A model generated the notes under the pieces. That model was not told the DNA's origin and made no database searches. It saw only the letters and a list, made by a program, of their open reading frames with translations. Shown here one piece after another: positions 10,056-19,071 of a stretch of DNA of 64,000 nt (its first letter is position 1; every line of letters starts with the position of its first letter). The stretch is taken from NCBI GenBank assembly GCA_963675525.2, contig CAXXSL010000019.1, forward strand, positions 184,842 to 248,841. Reading direction: 5' to 3'. The position numbers and the translations under genes were made by a program. Source of the stretch: Anaerohalosphaeraceae bacterium. GTDB taxonomy: Bacteria; Planctomycetota; Phycisphaerae; Sedimentisphaerales; Anaerohalosphaeraceae.

Positions 10056-11633
10056 TTAAAAAACGCTGTTAAATCCGAAATGCCCGGGGAACGGGTCGCC
10101 GTTAAAGTCTTCCGATGCGAAGTTACGATCATAGATAAAACCAAATCCATACGTGGCACGGAATGCGTTTCGCAGTACGGCCAGCCATCGACTCGTCCCA
10201 CTGGTCCCTACGTTAATGGTATCAAACGGTTTAATGAAAAAGTCCGGTTGCAACCCCTTGGCGATCTTTTCCAGATCAACCAGAACGATTTCTTCCTGCA
10301 TCAGGCCGGCCTTGTTTTTACCGATACGGCGAATCACTTCAACCTTTTTCGGTTGGGCGAGCTGATTCAACCCGCCTGCATTAATGATCGCTTGCTTAAG
10401 GGTAATGAGACGTCCTGTCAGTGCATAAGAATTCGGGCCGTTGACATTGCCGCCGATCCAAAACTCGCCGACCACGTCCCGCGGAACTATAATGCGATCA
10501 CCGGGGCGGATAATGATGTTGTATTTTGGATCACTGGATTCAAAGCGATCCCTTGGGATCTTGATGACCCGCGTGATGGTTTCAGCAGTTCCGACATCAG
10601 CCAGACCAAAATCAGAAGGAATATCGTCACCGGACCGATCGGACTGTCGCGCGAAATTTTCGGGCTTGAGCACTTCCGGTTTCATGGCCGATTCAATCGG
10701 CTCGCCTTCGACCTGGATAGGTTTCCATTTACCGTCTTCGAAGGTCCATTCGATACGGGAGGGTTTCTGTTCGGGTAAAAGTTCTTCGATATTACGCGAT
10801 TCGGTACTTGTATCATCGACCACGTCAATCCCTTCGGGTGCCGCCAGTGCTTCCAGTTCTTTCTGGGTGATCATTTCGGTAGAGGTGATGATAATGTTGT
10901 TTTTTCTGCGATGAACACTGGGCGTGATAATCTCGAGCATTTCTTCTTCGAGACTCTTTTGGTCGGGCTCGGTTATTCTATTGTCGCCGGGATCTCCGCC
11001 GGTCGTCGGCATGACATCCTGCTGGCGAATGTCTCTGGAGACATAGATATAAGTGACGTTAAAATCGCCAATGCCGCGGGCAAAAGCGATCGCATCTGCC
11101 AAACGGATGGGATATCGAGGCATTTGATAGCGGGATGGTTGAGCAACGCCTTGGCCGATAATGGAGAAGTATTGAGTTTGTGAATCTCGCAGGGTGACGG
11201 TGACAGAGGGGTCTTTGATGATGCTGGGAGAAAGGATATCAGCGATCTCCTGTTCCAGTTTGGTTTCAGTGAGCCCTGCGGCCGTGACGACACCGACATC
11301 CGGAATTGAAAGGCGTCCGGTTTCCGTAATAACATAATCATTGATGAAAGGCGTGGCATCTTGATACAATTCAAAGATGGTGATGCGTACCGTATCGCCG
11401 GGGCCTAAGACGTAATCCTGCTCGTATTCGACCAAATCTTCCGGACGAGGGTCTTCAGATCCTTCATAGGTCGGAGACGGTTCTTCGGCGACTCCCAATG
11501 TGTCAAGAATAACATTAACAACAGGTGTCGGCTCAAAACGCCCCAGTTGCGTCGGATCTAAAACATCGTTATAGCAGCCGCTGACGCCGAGCAAAAACAG
11601 GGCGGTTACTATAAGTATGCATTTTTTCATCAT
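10056..11633 (-). CDS. polysaccharide export lipoprotein (Wza/Poly_export + SLBB)
   Basis: Lipobox VSGC, YVLGPGDTVRITIFEL and GRLSIPDVG Poly_export signature, SLBB repeats. Confidence 0.88.
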   Translation of the reverse strand: MMKKCILIVTALFLLGVSGCYNDVLDPTQLGRFEPTPVVNVILDTLGVAEEPSPTYEGSEDPRPEDLVEYEQDYVLGPGDTVRITIFELYQDATPFINDYVITETGRLSIPDVGVVTAAGLTETKLEQEIADILSPSIIKDPSVTVTLRDSQTQYFSIIGQGVAQPSRYQMPRYPIRLADAIAFARGIGDFNVTYIYVSRDIRQQDVMPTTGGDPGDNRITEPDQKSLEEEMLEIITPSVHRRKNNIIITSTEMITQKELEALAAPEGIDVVDDTSTESRNIEELLPEQKPSRIEWTFEDGKWKPIQVEGEPIESAMKPEVLKPENFARQSDRSGDDIPSDFGLADVGTAETITRVIKIPRDRFESSDPKYNIIIRPGDRIIVPRDVVGEFWIGGNVNGPNSYALTGRLITLKQAIINAGGLNQLAQPKKVEVIRRIGKNKAGLMQEEIVLVDLEKIAKGLQPDFFIKPFDTINVGTSGTSRWLAVLRNAFRATYGFGFIYDRNFASEDFNGDPFPGHFGFNSVF

Positions 11634-11710
11634 CAGTCAATATCCACAAAAAAGTATTATCTCGTCTTGATTTAAGGAAACACCGGAACTTGTGCCGGAA
11701 ATTTGATTTC

Positions 11711-11737
11711 TTATCGGTAAAATACCTCAGTTGCTTA
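11711..11737 (-). promoter_or_regulatory. sigma28-like promoter upstream of the EPS/exosortase operon
   Basis: Minus strand TAAG-N15-ACCGATAA versus FliA consensus TAAA-N15-GCCGATAA, about 80 nt upstream of the start. Confidence 0.45.
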
Positions 11738-11913
11738 ATCACTATTTCGGCGATAAGACCCTTAAACCAATAAAATTACGTCACAAATTGAAATCAAAGT
11801 ACTTAAATGGACGAATTTTGACGGAAATATGAAAGATTCCCCTCCTCCTGTCCCTAATCTTCGAATTCATAACTTTTATACCATTATACAGGAGGCAAAG
11901 TTCGTTAATCCTG

Positions 11914-12648
11914 TTAGTTTCCCGAGATATTTTCATTATTTCCTTTTTTCGAGGAACTATTTAAAACATTTTTATAATCAAATTGGATGATTAATTTTTT
12001 TGAAGCCAGCCCATCCTGAATATCGAAAATGTCGATCTTTCTGGGCACGATAGTATTTAATTCTTTACTGTAGCGATGGTTATAAGCCAAAGCCATCCAT
12101 CGTGTCTGCGTTTTTTGATTGTTGAGTTCGACCCGGTCAATTTGATTTGTGTTCAGATTTTCCAGTAGGTTTACCTGAACACCTTCATTTGGCCAGGGGG
12201 CTCCAATGGGTTTATACCACTGACCTTCAAGTTTTACAGCTGGTTTTGAAGAGGCAAGGGAATCGGTATCCAGAATGCCGGAACTGGCAACAAAGCTATA
12301 GAAAATAGAGGTTGCCAGATTTTGATTGATAAATGAAGCCGGAAGGCCCGATAAAAACGGCGTAAGTTGTTGTGTTGAGTTGAAATCTTCTTTTTTCAAC
12401 GTGAATATATATTGCCCTGAGGGTTCACGAGCAACGATTTCCAGATATCCGGCTGCCGGATCAAAATTATGTTGTTGTTGGGTGATATAGGGGGCGTTAT
12501 CTTTTCGGAAGTAATAAACGATGCAATCGGTTTTGATTAAAGGCGTTACGGAGATTTTTGGTGTCTGCTTGATATCTTGTTGACAACCCTGAGTGATGAC
12601 CATAAGACCCATCAGTGCGATTAATATTATTCGAATCGGATATTTCAT
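11914..12648 (-). CDS. hypothetical lipoprotein
   Basis: 244 aa, signal peptide ending ITQGC. Confidence 0.7.
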   Translation of the reverse strand: MKYPIRIILIALMGLMVITQGCQQDIKQTPKISVTPLIKTDCIVYYFRKDNAPYITQQQHNFDPAAGYLEIVAREPSGQYIFTLKKEDFNSTQQLTPFLSGLPASFINQNLATSIFYSFVASSGILDTDSLASSKPAVKLEGQWYKPIGAPWPNEGVQVNLLENLNTNQIDRVELNNQKTQTRWMALAYNHRYSKELNTIVPRKIDIFDIQDGLASKKLIIQFDYKNVLNSSSKKGNNENISGN

Positions 12649-12701
12649 CTTATGAATCCCCGTTTTTTAAGTCGCAAAAACAAATTATTTTGTATGATAG
12701 C

Positions 12702-12739
12702 AAAAAACTCGGCTCCATGGAGAATCCCGGAGCCGAGTT
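12702..12739 (-). terminator. intrinsic terminator after PFOR
   Basis: AACTCGGCTCC/GGAGCCGAGTT stem; the A-run gives a U-tract on the minus strand. Confidence 0.75.
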
Positions 12740-12753
12740 AAAGTCAATTAAAT

Positions 12754-15700
12754 TTAGCATTCATCGCATTGGAGCTGGGCCAGTTTTTGGAGCAGCGAAT
12801 ACTTCTGTGCTGTATCCTTCTTGGCCAATTCCATCAATTTTTCCGCAATTTCCGGTTTTGATTTTGTCAGCGAGCGGAAACGGTTCTGGTCGTAAGCAAA
12901 GTCGGCAAAATCTGTCGTTGGTGCTTTCGAATCCAGTTGTAGCGGGTTCTTGCCTTCAACTGCTAAGCGCGGGTCGAAACGGTACAACGGCCAATGACCG
13001 CAGGCGACGGCTTTTTTCTGTCCTTCGTAACCGGTTGCCATGTCAATACCATGTGCGATACAGTGGGTGTATGACAGAATGAGTGACGGGCCGTCATAAC
13101 TTTCCGCTTCGGCAATGGCTTTGACCGCCTGATTCGGGTTGGCTCCAATTGAAATGGAGGCAACATAGATACCGCCGTAGCTCATGGCGATCAAGCCCAT
13201 ATTCTTCTTCGGCATTTTCTTACCGGCCGCGGCAAATTGAGCAACGGCCGCTCGCGGTGTGGATTTAGACATCTGTCCGCCCGTGTTGGAGTACACTTCC
13301 GTATCCAGTACGAGGACATTGACGTTTTCACCGCTGGCCAGTACGTGGTCCAACCCGCCGTAACCAATGTCATAGGCCCAACCGTCACCACCGACAACCC
13401 AGACACTCTTTTGGACGAGGTAATCGGCGACGGTCAAAAGCTTTTCGCAGTCATCGCATTTGCTCTTTTGGCAGGCGGCTTTGAGTTTTTCAACGCGTGC
13501 CCGCTGTTCTTCGATGCCGGCCTGTGAAGTCTGGTCGGCGGATTTGATCTCTTCGGCCAGACCCTTTTCGATACACCCCGCCTCGGCGGTCTTGTCAATC
13601 AATTCAAGAGCATACGCCTTGAACTTGTTGACGGCCAGACGCATTCCCATGCCGAATTCGGCATTGTCTTCAAAGAGGCTGTTGCTCCAGGTCGGCCCGC
13701 GACCGTCAAAACGCTGAGCATAGGGGGTGGTCGGCAGGTTGCCGCCGTAGATGGACGAGCATCCTGTGGCATTGGCGATATACAGGCGGTCGCCGAACAA
13801 CTGGCTGATGAGCTTGACATTGGCGGTTTCGCCGCAACCGGCACATGCGCCGCTGAACTCAAACAGCGCCGGAACGAACTGGCTGCCTTTAATGCTGGCG
13901 ACTTTGAACTTGCTCGGGTCCGTGTCCGGAATCGACAGGAAGTAATCGAAATTATTCCGTTCTGCTTCACGCAGCGGTTCCTGCAGGGACATGTTGATTG
14001 CCTTGCGGTCAGGATTGTTTTTGTCCTTGCCGGGGCAATTGACGACACAGGCGGTACAACCGGTGCAGTCTTCGGGTGCGACCTGAACGGTAAACTTCAT
14101 GCCTGCAAAGTCTTTGCCTTTGGCCTCGGCGCTCTTGAAAGTTACGGGTGCGTTTTGCAGTTGATCCGAATCGTAAGCCTTGATGCGAATCGCCGCGTGC
14201 GGACAGACCAGTGAACACTGGCCGCACTGAATGCAGACATCCGGTTCCCAGACGGGGATATGAACGGCGATATTGCGTTTTTCATATTTGGTAGTTGCTG
14301 TGGGGAATTTTCCATCGCAGGGCATTTTGCTGACCGGCAGTTGGTCGCCGCGGCCGGCCATGATTTCAGCCGTAACGTCTTTGACAAAGCCCGGGGCATC
14401 ATCGGGAACCATGCTGGCCATGTGCATTTCGCTGGTGGCCACATCTGGGACCGTGACTTCACAGATCTTGCTCAATGCTGCGTCCACCGCTGCATTGTTC
14501 ATGTTGACGATCTTGTCACCCTTCTTGCCGTAGGATTTCTTAATGGCTGTTTTGATTGCCGCAACTGCGGTGTTGGCATCAATGACACCGCTAATTTTGA
14601 AGAATGCCGTCTGCATGATGACGTTGATGCGAGAGCCGAGGCCCAGTTCTTCGGCAATGCTAATGGCATCAATGACATAGAACTTCAGCTTCTTCTTGAT
14701 GATTTGCTGTTGGACTTCGACCGGCAGCGTATCCCAGACTTTGTCGGCGCTGTGCAGACTGGTCAGCAGGAATGTACCGCCTTGTTTGATGTGGCTGAGC
14801 ATGTCGTATTTTTCCAGGAAGCTGGGATTGTGACAGGCCAGGAAGTCCGCTTTCTTCACCAGGTACGGGCTGCGAATTACTTCGGGGCCAAACCGCAGGT
14901 GAGACACCGTCATGGCACCGGCTTTCTTGGAGTCATACACAAAATAGCCCTGTGCATAGTTGTCCGTTTCTCCGCCGATGATCTTGATGCTGTTTTTGTT
15001 GGCGCCGACCGTACCGTCTGAGCCCAGGCCGTAGAACATTGCGGTGTAAGACGTGGTCGGGATGTCAAATGTTTCGTCGACGATCAGGCTGGTCTTGCAG
15101 ATGTCGTCGTTGATGCCGACGGTGAAGTGGTTCTTCGGTTCTTCCAGATCGAGGTTGTCAAAGACGGCCTTGACCATGGCGGGCGTAAATTCCTTGGAAC
15201 CCAAGCCGTAACGGCCGCCCACACAAATCGGGTACGTCGTAAACGGCGCGATCTTTTCGGCCATGGTTTCGCCGATCGCTGTGCGGATATCCAGATACAG
15301 CGGTTCGCCGATGGAACCGGGTTCTTTCGTGCGGTCCAGCACGGCGATTTTGGAAACGGTCTTCGGCATGGATTTAATAAAATGCTCAACACTGAACGGA
15401 CGGAACAGGCGGACCTTGATCAGGCCAACCTTTTGGCCTTTGCTGTTGAGGTAATCGACGGTTTCGTGTGCGGTTTCAGCACCGGAGCACATCATCACAA
15501 TGACCTTTTCAGCGTCAGGGGCACCGACATAATCGAACAGGTGATACTGCCGTCCGACGACCTTCGCAAATGCGTCCATGGTGTCCTGGACGATCTTCGG
15601 CGTCGCGGTATAGAATTTATTAACGGTTTCCCTTCCCTGGAAATACACATCCGGGTTCTGGGCGGTTCCGCTGATCATCGGGCGGTCCGGACTGAGGGCC

Positions 15701-16317
15701 CGTGCTTTGTGGGCGGCGACCAGTGAATCATCAATCACCGCACGCATATCATCGTATGTCAGTTCTTCGACCTTCTGAACTTCGTGACTGGTTCTAAAGC
15801 CATCGAAGAAATGCAGGAAGGGCACACGCGACGCCAATGTTGACTGCTGGGCGATCAGGGCCAGGTCCATGACTTCCTGTACGTTGTTGGAGGCCAGCAT
15901 GCCGTAGCCGGTCTGACGGCAGGCCATGACATCGGAGTGGTCGCCGAAAATGCTCAGAGCCTGACAGGCCAGCGAGCGGGCCGAAACGTGAAAGACGGTC
16001 GGGGTCAGTTCGCCGGCGATCTTGTACATGTTCGGAATCATCAGCAACAGTCCCTGCGAAGCCGTAAAGGTTGTAGTCAATGCCCCCGCGGCCAGAGCGC
16101 CGTGAACGGCACCGGCGGCGCCGCCTTCGGACTGCATTTCGGTTACGGATGGTATCGTTCCCCAGATATTCGGTTGATTCGCCGCGGATTTGGCATCTGA
16201 AATTTCTCCCATGGGTGAACTGGGTGTGATCGGATAGATGGCAATGACCTCATTGGTCGCATGGGCGACATGAGCCGCCGCGGCATTGCCGTCGATTGTT
16301 ACCTTTTTTCGTTCCAT
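12754..16317 (-). CDS. nifJ: pyruvate:ferredoxin (flavodoxin) oxidoreductase
   Basis: AIYPITPSS, MQSEGGAAG, GLGSDGTVG, two CxxCxxCxxxCP clusters, GACAGCGE, GGDGWAYDIG, YSNTGGQ. RBS GGAGAG before MERKK. Confidence 0.97.
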   Translation of the reverse strand: MERKKVTIDGNAAAAHVAHATNEVIAIYPITPSSPMGEISDAKSAANQPNIWGTIPSVTEMQSEGGAAGAVHGALAAGALTTTFTASQGLLLMIPNMYKIAGELTPTVFHVSARSLACQALSIFGDHSDVMACRQTGYGMLASNNVQEVMDLALIAQQSTLASRVPFLHFFDGFRTSHEVQKVEELTYDDMRAVIDDSLVAAHKARALSPDRPMISGTAQNPDVYFQGRETVNKFYTATPKIVQDTMDAFAKVVGRQYHLFDYVGAPDAEKVIVMMCSGAETAHETVDYLNSKGQKVGLIKVRLFRPFSVEHFIKSMPKTVSKIAVLDRTKEPGSIGEPLYLDIRTAIGETMAEKIAPFTTYPICVGGRYGLGSKEFTPAMVKAVFDNLDLEEPKNHFTVGINDDICKTSLIVDETFDIPTTSYTAMFYGLGSDGTVGANKNSIKIIGGETDNYAQGYFVYDSKKAGAMTVSHLRFGPEVIRSPYLVKKADFLACHNPSFLEKYDMLSHIKQGGTFLLTSLHSADKVWDTLPVEVQQQIIKKKLKFYVIDAISIAEELGLGSRINVIMQTAFFKISGVIDANTAVAAIKTAIKKSYGKKGDKIVNMNNAAVDAALSKICEVTVPDVATSEMHMASMVPDDAPGFVKDVTAEIMAGRGDQLPVSKMPCDGKFPTATTKYEKRNIAVHIPVWEPDVCIQCGQCSLVCPHAAIRIKAYDSDQLQNAPVTFKSAEAKGKDFAGMKFTVQVAPEDCTGCTACVVNCPGKDKNNPDRKAINMSLQEPLREAERNNFDYFLSIPDTDPSKFKVASIKGSQFVPALFEFSGACAGCGETANVKLISQLFGDRLYIANATGCSSIYGGNLPTTPYAQRFDGRGPTWSNSLFEDNAEFGMGMRLAVNKFKAYALELIDKTAEAGCIEKGLAEEIKSADQTSQAGIEEQRARVEKLKAACQKSKCDDCEKLLTVADYLVQKSVWVVGGDGWAYDIGYGGLDHVLASGENVNVLVLDTEVYSNTGGQMSKSTPRAAVAQFAAAGKKMPKKNMGLIAMSYGGIYVASISIGANPNQAVKAIAEAESYDGPSLILSYTHCIAHGIDMATGYEGQKKAVACGHWPLYRFDPRLAVEGKNPLQLDSKAPTTDFADFAYDQNRFRSLTKSKPEIAEKLMELAKKDTAQKYSLLQKLAQLQCDEC

Positions 16318-16401
16318 AGATCTCTCCAATATATTGAAAATAAAACCGTTAGAGGGGTTCGGCTCTCAAACCCCGCGTTCTGTTACGACAAATAGATTAT
16401 C

Positions 16402-16430
16402 CTTATACCACGACCGTCGCTCACAGGCAA
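16402..16430 (-). promoter_or_regulatory. sigma70-type promoter of nifJ
   Basis: TTGCCT-N17-TATAAG with extended -10 TG and an upstream A-tract. Confidence 0.6.
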
Positions 16431-16637
16431 AGGGTTTTTTGCCGGAATTGATTCAAAAAAGGCTTTAATCAGGACGAAGACCACATGGATTGTCGGATTT
16501 TAGAGTCGAAAATGTCACACTCCGGCACCAATTGCCGGATATGGTTGTCCTGCTTCCCCGATTCTTACCAAACCGGGCGGCAGCGACTCAGTCAGCTGCT
16601 GATGCCCCCTCAGAGAGGGGGCTGTCAATAAATTTTA

Positions 16638-18722
16638 TCAATGCAGGGTATGCAGGTTATTGGCGGGATTGGTATAGTCGGCATACTGCTTGGGATCCGT
16701 GTTATAAAGACACTCTTCGATATTGGTATACCCATCGCTATCGCTGTCGGCGGGGCCGTCTGAAGCGTCTTTCGGGTCGAATCCATGTTCCTTTTCATAA
16801 TCGTCGGGCATGCCGTCATTGTCCGTATCGTCGGGGGCTACTGCACCGGCGGCAGGCGGCGGGAAGCTCTCACTTTGCCACATATCAAAGGACGTGCGTT
16901 CATTGCTGCCGGGATTGTAGGACTCCCAATCCGAAGGTGATTTCGTCCAGAAGGCAGCTTTGGCCTTGCGAGCCATGATTCTTTCAATCCAGACGGTATC
17001 GGTGGTATCCCGCATGGGCATACAGGCACCGATGACCGGCAACAGGCGCTGCTCAAGTTCCTCAGCCGGATACGTCGTCACAGGCATCACTTCAAACGGA
17101 CCCTTGACATAGCTGTCTTTCGGAACGGGGTCAAAAGGTTGTCTCTGTCCGTTGATTTCCTGGAGGTTGCCGGCGGCATAGTTGTTCTCGGTGGCGTTGA
17201 AGCTGTAGGTGAAGGGGGTATCGGGATTATCGATGATCAGGTTGTTGACAAGATTGAACTGATTGGTTAACCGTTTGGAGTGTCCGCTGCGGCAGTTATA
17301 CAGGATATTGTTGCGCCAGTCGATACGACCGCAGTCCACTTCGGGTGAACGGCTGAGCGTGTCGTGCAGGATACAATGGTGGATGGAACCCACGCCGCCG
17401 ATTTCGGGTCCGTACGGGTGTGAGCCAAGCCCCGACATGCCCGGACCGATGTTGCAGTACTGGAACGTATAATTCCAGAAGGTATGACCCTGTCCGATGA
17501 AACGCAACACCTCGTCACTGCCGTAGGCAAAGCTGCAATGGTCGAAAATCAGGTTTTTGAGGTCACCTTGCGTATTCATGCCGTCCGCGGCAAGCGGAGG
17601 GCGCAGACGCCACCGCATACCCCGCATGATGATATTGCTGGCGGCCATGCACACGCGCCCGCAGATCTCGATACCTTCGCCGGGGGCATTGGTGCCGATA
17701 AGCGTCATATCAGGTTCGGTGATCCAGAGGTCTTCAGGCAGCACGATCTGGCCGGAGACTTTAAAGAGGACGATTCGGGGGCCTTTGGTGTTGACGGCTT
17801 CAGCAAAACTGCCCGGGCCGCTGGTGTTGGTGTTGGTCACATAAATGACCTTGCCGCCGCGACCGCCTGTGGTCATGGCCCCCATACCCTCGGCACCCGG
17901 GAATGCGGGCAGGTAACCCTTCGGCATGGGCCGAGGCCCGCCGGAAAGGATCAGCCAGAAATAGGAATCCTCGACTTCCACTTTGGACCCGCGACTGCCC
18001 TGGGGAAACTCGCGCATGTAAAGATACAGATGGTCCGTGATCTTGGCCCCGATCTGGCCCATGTGCGATTGTGTCAGCATGTGCGCGCCATAAGACTCGA
18101 AAGCGGTAACCAACTGCTGAACCTTTGTCTTGACATCGGACTTGACTGTCTCAATCGGTATGTCAGGCATATGCTCGTTGAAAAGTCGGTCAAACTCGGG
18201 CGTCATGGTATGGCGCTGGTTGCTCCGCATGGCCTGACGCTGCTGATGCATGTCTAAGTATTTCTTACGAGCCGCTTCGTCCTCGGTGATACCAAAGAAC
18301 GTCCGATGGGGATAGGCATCTCGACCGCCCGGGATGAGCACACAATTGCCGCCGAACTTGCCGCCGCCAATGTTGATGATGCCATTGAACCGGGTCTGGT
18401 ATTCGAGAATGATATGCGGCGCCTCCAGGATATGACCGGGGCGGACCTCCACCCGCACGGAGGGGACGGGACCAAGCTTGCGGTAGGCCTGTCGACCGAG
18501 CTTGTCGCTCAGCGCTTGTAAAAATGCCGGGTCCTTGTCCAGGTCGATCCTGTCAAAAAAAGCCGGATCCAGGGCATCCGCCAACAGAGGACACGCGTTT
18601 ACCATCTCAGCGGCGGCGGCAGCCTTAGGATACTGTTTTTCAAATGAAAAATCTTCGCCCCAGGTTGCATGGCTTAATATGAAAACAATCCCCAAAGAAA
18701 AGCATAGTTTATTCATGTTCAT
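16638..18722 (-). CDS. secreted pectate lyase-like protein (PL1-type beta-helix)
   Basis: Signal peptide, PAFPGAEGMGAMTTGGRGGKVIYVTN, DHCSF, RSP, and C-terminal DTDNDGMPDDYE/DGYTNIE. Confidence 0.85.
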   Translation of the reverse strand: MNMNKLCFSLGIVFILSHATWGEDFSFEKQYPKAAAAAEMVNACPLLADALDPAFFDRIDLDKDPAFLQALSDKLGRQAYRKLGPVPSVRVEVRPGHILEAPHIILEYQTRFNGIINIGGGKFGGNCVLIPGGRDAYPHRTFFGITEDEAARKKYLDMHQQRQAMRSNQRHTMTPEFDRLFNEHMPDIPIETVKSDVKTKVQQLVTAFESYGAHMLTQSHMGQIGAKITDHLYLYMREFPQGSRGSKVEVEDSYFWLILSGGPRPMPKGYLPAFPGAEGMGAMTTGGRGGKVIYVTNTNTSGPGSFAEAVNTKGPRIVLFKVSGQIVLPEDLWITEPDMTLIGTNAPGEGIEICGRVCMAASNIIMRGMRWRLRPPLAADGMNTQGDLKNLIFDHCSFAYGSDEVLRFIGQGHTFWNYTFQYCNIGPGMSGLGSHPYGPEIGGVGSIHHCILHDTLSRSPEVDCGRIDWRNNILYNCRSGHSKRLTNQFNLVNNLIIDNPDTPFTYSFNATENNYAAGNLQEINGQRQPFDPVPKDSYVKGPFEVMPVTTYPAEELEQRLLPVIGACMPMRDTTDTVWIERIMARKAKAAFWTKSPSDWESYNPGSNERTSFDMWQSESFPPPAAGAVAPDDTDNDGMPDDYEKEHGFDPKDASDGPADSDSDGYTNIEECLYNTDPKQYADYTNPANNLHTLH

Positions 18723-18868
18723 CTGTCTTCACCTTATCATAATTCTAACTATGGAGAAAAGAAGGATGCACTGTGCACCCTCTAAAAAGCAAATTTATAC
18801 TATTCGCTGATTGCATCCGCATTATTCCCGAAGCTAAATGGAATTGCAAGCAAAGGATATAATAATTC

Positions 18869-19037
18869 TTAAGGGCACCTCTAACAATCCATTTCGGCGG
18901 GCAAGCGAATCTTTTTGATTCCGGACGGCGTCAGGCAAAAGCCGCTTTAGCTTCAACTAAAGCTGATTTGCTTTCCTTGCCGGAAGTCAAAAATATTTTA
19001 CTTGCCGCTCAAAAGCAATTATTAGAGCGGCCCTTGA
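18869..19037. repeat. about 170-bp imperfect palindrome (MITE/REP-like)
   Basis: Ends AAGGGCACCTCTAACAAT / ATTATTAGAGCGGCCCTT. Inner arms GCGGGCAAGCGAATCTTTTTGATTCCGG / CCGGAAGTCAAAAATATTTTACTTGCCGC. Apex GCTTTAG-cttcaa-CTAAAGC. Confidence 0.7.
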
Positions 19038-19071
19038 ACTTTCACAATACATTAAGGTTCTCTAAAATTTC

